Positions 61,301 through 64,000 of a stretch of DNA of 64,000 nucleotides are shown one piece after another. Positions within the stretch are counted from its first letter, which is position 1. Each line of letters begins with the position of its first letter. A model generated the notes under the pieces. That model was not told the DNA's origin, did not search any database, and worked only from the letters and a program-made list of their open reading frames with translations. Source of the stretch: Callorhinchus milii (lineage: Eukaryota); NCBI RefSeq assembly GCF_018977255.1, contig NW_024704743.1, positions 28,770,001 to 28,834,000 on the forward strand. The letters run 5' to 3'. A program made the position numbers and the translations under genes.

Positions 61301-63137
61301 TTGAGAAAAATAATTTCCTCATGGGGAATTAATAGTTTTACTGCTGTGTGCAATTGGCTGCTGTGTTTTGCCCACAAAATACAAAGTCAATCCACTTCAC
61401 AGTATACTCTGTGAAGTACTTTGAGACATCTCAACGACGTGATAAGGCGTTATGTTTGTGATTTTCAAAAAAAATCATAAGAGTGAATAACTTTTCTCAA
61501 TTTGCATTGCTGGCCACAGAGATTCATTAAATACATTTGGAACAGAGCCGTTTACATTGGAAGGACGTCTCAAATTGTGTCACAGAATATGCTGTAAAGT
61601 GTGGTGATTGTATATTTTGTAGGCAAATGGGGCAGCCAATCTGTTCACAATGATGTCCCACAGATCTTATTTTACTGATTATTTTAGTTTTTTCAATAGT
61701 GCTTTAAAATCCACAGGAGCAGACAAGAGTGGATGTCTGATCTGAAGGGAAGATTAAAATTGTGCCAATGGAAAAATAAAATCCAAGGCGATGACAGAGC
61801 CAGTAGCTGAAATTTGGGTGGGCTTAGAAAACTGTGCACGACCAACTTCTCCTCATGCCATGAGGCAGGCAGCCACAGAGCCTCCGAGAAACACGAACAA
61901 GAAGCTCCATTTATAAAAACACTTTTAAAATACCATTCCCTTTCCTTCACATGAGCAATGAAAATGCTATACGATTTAAAATTAAGGGATTTTTTAAAAA
62001 AATTATCCAACCAAAACACAAACACCCACCCATCCACCCACAATAAATAAACTTGTGTACAAGGAAACAAAGAAAAAAAAACTCAAAACACGCAACATTT
62101 TCTCTCCTGAAAGATATCACACATCCCCAAAAAATCATAGGTTCTTGAATCTGAAATAATTAATTTCAAAGAGCTCCTAGGTACGGGAATGTTTGGCTTA
62201 GATATTCCCCAAACCCCTCGATGGCCAGCAATTTGCAGTATGCTATGTTGAAATTTACCTCCTAACATGTAGTATATGGACAAACCCTCGTGACCCTTCT
62301 GCCTCCACCACTCAGTTTGTGCAAGCCTTCAGCCATTCAGCCCCCCCATCTCCCGTCTCTGGAACAAACTCCCTCCTTCCCTCCCTTCCTTCCAGACCGA
62401 CCTCTTTGCCCAACTTCCCCCCCACCACCCTTAAGCTCACGCTCATGTGAAGCGTTCTGAGACTCCCACTGTCATAATACTAATAATCCTTACATCATAT
62501 TTTGCGCCTCATCACGTCTTTGAGACAACAACAACTTGCACTTATATAGCCCCCTCCACTCAGGGTGCCATCTCAGAGTGCTTAACAGTGGCGGAGCCTG
62601 ACTCCGAGCCAGAAGTGGGGGGAAGGGAGGTGACCGTAAGAACGGGCGAAAAGAAAAGTTTTCAGGCGGGACTTGAAAAAGGGGAGAGAGGGGGCAAAGT
62701 GGAGGGACGTCTCAAAATACTTCACAGGATATACTCTAAAGTGAATTGAATGTATTTTGTGGGTGAAACGTGGCAGCCAATTGTGCACCGCATTGTCCCA
62801 CCAACAATCTTGGACTAAGCGACTAAGTTATTATTATTTTTTTGGAGGGATTATTACCTGTAAAAGGCATTAAATAAATGTAAATAGTTGTTTCAATTAA
62901 AAATATTTAAATATTTTTTTTCCTCAGGAATCCCGTATCGTGTTGGAATGAAAGGTATATTGAAAGAATTCTTACACAAAATAAATTTATGCAGTGAGAG
63001 ATGAAGAGATACCTGAAAGTGCATCCTGAGCCTCAAAGAAGGTGCTGAGGCCTCCCTTCACATATGCCAGGCTTCCTTCATTCTTCTTGTTAGCCTGCTT
63101 CCTTAAATAATTTGCAGCAACTTTCAGCTGATCAAAA
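13226..63137 (-). CDS. EXOC2: EXOC2 (exocyst complex component 2 / Sec5), partial multi-exon CDS with 17 exons in the window
   Basis: The manually spliced exons give one continuous frame, from [41 protein letters not shown] through to [16 protein letters not shown]. This is colinear with vertebrate EXOC2 as I recall it. All acceptors are AG, all donors are GT except one GC, and all phases are compatible. Confidence 0.97.
14067..14133 (-). CDS. EXOC2: EXOC2 exon (~ex21), 67 nt
   Basis: tctcag|C CTC TCT...ACT CCA|gtatgt; encodes [22 protein letters not shown]. Confidence 0.95.
14453..14660. mobile_element. Possible hAT-type non-autonomous fragment with an internal palindrome
   Basis: cagtgatggccaacct resembles a hAT-Charlie terminal sequence; I did not find the second TIR. 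Confidence 0.35.
14875..14936 (-). CDS. EXOC2: EXOC2 exon (~ex20), 62 nt
   Basis: ttacag|GTT TTT GTT...AGC CA|gtgagt; encodes [20 protein letters not shown](H). Confidence 0.92.
15729..15788 (-). CDS. EXOC2: EXOC2 exon (~ex19), 60 nt
   Basis: ttgcag|ATA TTT CAG...ATG AAG|gtgagt; encodes [20 protein letters not shown]. Confidence 0.93.
20227..20307 (-). CDS. EXOC2: EXOC2 exon (~ex18), 81 nt
   Basis: caatag|CCA GCT CAA...ACG AGC|gtaagt; encodes [27 protein letters not shown]. Confidence 0.94.
21061..21122 (-). CDS. EXOC2: EXOC2 exon (~ex17), 62 nt
   Basis: acttag|AT GTT AAG...TCT TTG|gttagt; encodes [21 protein letters not shown]. Confidence 0.96.
21210..22390 (-). mobile_element. Degraded CR1 ORF2 fragment (end of AP endonuclease plus linker)
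   Basis: ORF 21949-22365 has [28 protein letters not shown] and [10 protein letters not shown]; the RPVSLMS motif is at ~21255-21272. Confidence 0.88.
22439..22560 (-). CDS. EXOC2: EXOC2 exon (~ex16), 122 nt
   Basis: taacag|G CTG AAC...GAT G|gtaaga; encodes [40 protein letters not shown]. Confidence 0.96.
22625..22899 (-). mobile_element. tRNA-headed SINE-like element with a distinct body
   Basis: Minus strand reads gcagaactgtagcataatgg...cctagcaag...agttcgattccc...ccttaggcaagttt, then a body unlike the other SINEs here. Confidence 0.65.
23522..24324 (-). mobile_element. L2 3' fragment abutting the ex15 donor
   Basis: [25 protein letters not shown]...FKILVLTFK; tail at ~23522-23580; [14 protein letters not shown] 5' end at ~24295-24324. 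Confidence 0.88.
24330..24487 (-). CDS. EXOC2: EXOC2 exon (~ex15), 158 nt
   Basis: ttgcag|AAA ATG ATT...ATG AG|gtaaat; encodes [53 protein letters not shown]. Confidence 0.96.
24595..24663 (-). CDS. EXOC2: EXOC2 exon (~ex14), 69 nt
   Basis: ccaaag|ACC GGT GAA...TTC AAG|gtacaa; encodes [26 protein letters not shown]-type acceptor. Confidence 0.92.
25535..25985 (-). mobile_element. SacSINE1/Deu-type SINE
   Basis: Reverse complement is colinear with 26209-26617. Confidence 0.8.
26209..26617 (+). mobile_element. Older SacSINE1/Deu-type SINE, full length
   Basis: tRNA-like head (ggctcaggtgg...ggttcaagccc), Deu-like core (ggtgccatctttcagac...caggtgaacgttaaaagatccaatggca...tgtttgtggg), L2-type tail; family name assigned from recalled consensus. 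Confidence 0.8.
27600..27955 (-). repeat. Unclassified interspersed repeat of ~350 bp; best-preserved copy
   Basis: Colinear homology with 8578-8670, 18268-18485, 24828-25100 and 46013-46345 (all on +). Confidence 0.8.
28386..28510 (-). CDS. EXOC2: EXOC2 exon (~ex13), 125 nt
   Basis: ttccag|CT TGG CGA...AGT GAG|gtaagt; encodes [42 protein letters not shown]. Confidence 0.96.
28894..29019 (-). CDS. EXOC2: EXOC2 exon (~ex12), 126 nt
   Basis: gtgtag|GT CCA ACT...GAT GAC T|gtaaga; encodes [42 protein letters not shown]. Confidence 0.93.
29400..29745 (-). mobile_element. LF-SINE-like element, near full length. Fragments also lie at ~1015-1090, 9645-9780, 25265-25360 and 41400-41560.
   Basis: Minus strand has agaccagaaggtc...ggtctgtgctgagttggctgatctc...gggcactacaattggcctcag...gaaaatcagcca...gggtgaggacaggg, matching my recollection of the LF-SINE consensus. 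Confidence 0.72.
31100..31620 (+). mobile_element. Penelope-like element relic (GIY-YIG endonuclease remnant)
   Basis: 31398-31463 translates to [22 protein letters not shown], resembling the PLE motif C..C...YIGQTGRSL..R..EH; flanks are degraded. Confidence 0.5.
33055..33625 (-). mobile_element. Old degraded L2 fragment
   Basis: L2-like tail near 33055; remnants of the FKILVL, LDxxNS and YADD-like motifs. Confidence 0.5.
33827..34264 (+). mobile_element. SacSINE1/Deu-type SINE
   Basis: Colinear with 26209-26617. Confidence 0.8.
36037..36358 (-). mobile_element. Full-length young tRNA-SINE (same family)
   Basis: Head, body and (TTA)n tail as at 46561. Confidence 0.9.
36727..36977 (+). mobile_element. 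5'-truncated young tRNA-SINE. Further partial copies lie near 5222, 14225, 17925, 28240, 34395, 43450, 43720, 44635, 50705, 61310, 61560, 63210 and 63840.
   Basis: Starts at agggcgaaaccttgggcaag with the tRNA head missing; the body is near-identical to 46628-46883. Confidence 0.9.
39740..40070 (+). mobile_element. Penelope-type terminal repeat containing a degenerate hammerhead ribozyme motif
   Basis: Pyrimidine-rich stretch, then ctgatga-a-gggtc-gtg-gaccc-aaaat-gttgac, then ctccacagatgctgcctgacttactgagt. Confidence 0.7.
41931..42230. repeat. C-rich degenerate minisatellite of CACCAGCCCCCA-like units
   Basis: Many imperfect tandem copies of ccagccccc with 3-8 nt spacers. Confidence 0.9.
45224..45342 (-). 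CDS. EXOC2: EXOC2 exon (~ex11), 119 nt, GC donor
   Basis: ttgcag|G TAT CTG...CAA AAA G|gcaagt; encodes [39 protein letters not shown]. Confidence 0.93.
46561..46883 (+). mobile_element. Full-length young tRNA-derived SINE with L2-type 3' end and (TTA)n tail
   Basis: A box tagctcagtgg, anticodon loop ctttgcaag, B box gagttcaattcc, body, then gcgctatatcaaatgcaagga(tta)n. Near-identical to the copies at 63422-63743 and 36037-36358. Confidence 0.92.
47215..47625 (-). mobile_element. L2 3' fragment
   Basis: [16 protein letters not shown]...[10 protein letters not shown]; tail at ~47215-47235. Confidence 0.85.
48578..48680 (-). CDS. EXOC2: EXOC2 exon (~ex10), 103 nt
   Basis: tgttag|TT TAT TCT...ATA AG|gtaatt; encodes [35 protein letters not shown]. 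Confidence 0.96.
48925..49453. mobile_element. Non-autonomous Tigger/pogo-like DNA transposon (MITE)
   Basis: Left end ta|cagtagaacttcactaatccggtcac; the right end reverse-complements to caatagaaacccggtttgcggtcac (imperfect TIR); CpG-rich interior; no transposase ORF. Confidence 0.6.
49469..49550 (-). CDS. EXOC2: EXOC2 exon (~ex9), 82 nt
   Basis: ctctag|GGT GAT TAT...CAG AAA G|gtaggt; encodes [27 protein letters not shown]. Confidence 0.96.
49655..49800 (-). CDS. EXOC2: EXOC2 exon (~ex8), 146 nt
   Basis: ttctag|GG GCA AGT...CAG AAG|gtaaat; encodes [49 protein letters not shown]. Confidence 0.97.
50291..50502 (-). mobile_element. CR1 3' end fragment. Similar short CR1 3' fragments lie near 15060-15350, 16800-16960, 19860-20150, 40100-40240, 45550-45700, 46420-46550 and 48010-48300.
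   Basis: Homologous to the 3' end and UTR of the CR1 at 1173-1400 (agaaggaggccatt...tgtgccggctcttt; [17 protein letters not shown]). Confidence 0.8.
51760..52650 (+). mobile_element. Relatively young L2 3' fragment with (GTT)n tail
   Basis: ORF 51910-52608 (FDPELSF...[10 protein letters not shown]...[12 protein letters not shown]...LHW...RIKFKIL); (TTG)n tail at 52631-52650. Confidence 0.92.
52652..52900 (-). mobile_element. L2 fragment, inverted relative to the adjacent copy
   Basis: IDFKILIL...PTLWNSIL...FKVRLQT on the minus strand. Confidence 0.75.
52944..53398 (-). mobile_element. SacSINE1/Deu-type SINE
   Basis: Well-preserved core: ggaggtgccgtccttcaaatgagatgttaaactgagg...caggtggacgttaaagatcctatggcactatt. 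Confidence 0.85.
53410..53975 (-). mobile_element. Degraded L2 (tail plus RT remnant)
   Basis: aacaacaacttgcatttatatag tail; HMFVDDIQL (YADD-like) at ~53945-53970. Confidence 0.65.
54178..54608 (-). mobile_element. SacSINE1/Deu-type SINE
   Basis: Colinear with 52944-53398. Confidence 0.8.
55398..55478 (-). CDS. EXOC2: EXOC2 exon (~ex7), 81 nt
   Basis: ttccag|CA ATC CAT...AAC A|gtaagt; encodes [27 protein letters not shown]. Confidence 0.96.
56170..56980 (-). mobile_element. Relatively young L2 3' fragment
   Basis: Near-identical reverse complement of the copy at 51890-52620 ([20 protein letters not shown]...[20 protein letters not shown]). Confidence 0.92.
60965..61301 (+). mobile_element. 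L2 3' fragment with (GTT)n tail
   Basis: [13 protein letters not shown]...FKSRLKTLL; (TTG)n tail. Confidence 0.85.
62527..62706 (-). mobile_element. Short L2 3' end nested inside a SINE (62475-62855)
   Basis: aacaacaacttgcac tail plus [14 protein letters not shown] sequence resumes on both sides. Confidence 0.75.
63013..63137 (-). CDS. EXOC2: EXOC2 exon (~ex6), 125 nt
   Basis: ttttcag|T TTT GAT CAG...CTT TCA G|gtatct; encodes [41 protein letters not shown]. Confidence 0.96.
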
Positions 63138-63421
63138 CTGAAAAGGACAAGGGAAGACATTTTCTAGTTTGCTGATGTAATAGAAGTGAGAAAAAGACAG
63201 CAGACAAGAAATAATAATAATCCTTGTATTCGAAATAGCGCCTTATCACGTCGTTGAGATGCCTCAAAGTGCTTCACAGAATATACTGCAACGTGGACTG
63301 ACTGTGTATTTCAGCAGCCTTATTGCAGGAAATTAAATATATCTGTATATCAGAGAAACAGTTCAAATAAACCCTTATAGGTAACTTTAATCTTTGAAAC
63401 CCAATAAACTTGCAAAGGATT

Positions 63422-63743
63422 TAATAATAATAATAATAATCCTTGTATTTGATATAGTGCTTTTTACGTCGGGAGGACGTCCCAAAGTGCTTCACAGAAC
63501 ACACTGTAAAGTGAATTGACTGTATATTTGTGGGCGAACGCGGCAGCCAATTGCGCACAGCAATGTCCCACAAACAGTCGTAGATTGAAAATGACCAATT
63601 TATTATTGTTTTTGGTTTTGGAGGGATTATTATTAGGTGTGTGGAGTCAGGAAACTTGCCCAAGGTTTCGCCCTCTGCCTGGAATTGAACTCAGGTCTCT
63701 CACTTGCAAAGCGAGTGCTCTAACCACTGAGCTACAGGACTCC
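63422..63743 (-). mobile_element. Full-length young tRNA-SINE (same family as 46561)
   Basis: Reverse complement matches 46561-46883 over its whole length. Confidence 0.92.
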
Positions 63744-64000
63744 ACGCCTAAATTTTCTATAGCTGAATGATATGTGTCTTAACTACTTTGATTATAAAAT
63801 AGTATCCTAGGAACAGGGATAGGTAATTCTGACCTTGTCCCACCATTCTGCCTACAAAATATGCAATCAATTTTACAGTACTTCCTGTGAAGCGCTTTGA
63901 GATATCTTGATGACGTGATAAGGTGCTTATCAAATGCAAGGATTATTATTATTAGATCATGGCTGCTCTGAGCCTCAACTCCATTAACCCACCTTTTCTC

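Overview
Eukaryotic, AT-rich vertebrate DNA with no prokaryotic features. The repeat content (CR1 and L2 LINEs, SacSINE1/Deu-type SINEs, LF-SINE-like and Penelope-like relics) points to a cartilaginous fish, which is an inference. The whole window lies inside one minus-strand gene, EXOC2 (exocyst subunit Sec5). I traced 17 consecutive coding exons from 63137 down to 13226. They total 1705 nt (1 nt plus 568 codons) and splice without a stop or frameshift. They correspond to roughly human exons 6-22 (numbering from memory); both ends of the gene lie outside the window. One intron starts with a non-canonical GC donor. The introns hold one young 5'-truncated CR1, older CR1 and L2 fragments, at least four SINE types, a Tigger-like MITE, a Penelope GIY-YIG relic, a Penelope terminal repeat with a decayed hammerhead ribozyme, and an interspersed repeat family I cannot classify. 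Almost all ORFs in the supplied track are spurious or derived from transposons. I found no clearly new multi-gene system. The best leads are the unclassified repeat and SINE families, the hammerhead relic, the GC-AG intron and inverted repeat pairs in the pre-mRNA. Exon coordinates are base-exact; repeat boundaries are approximate.
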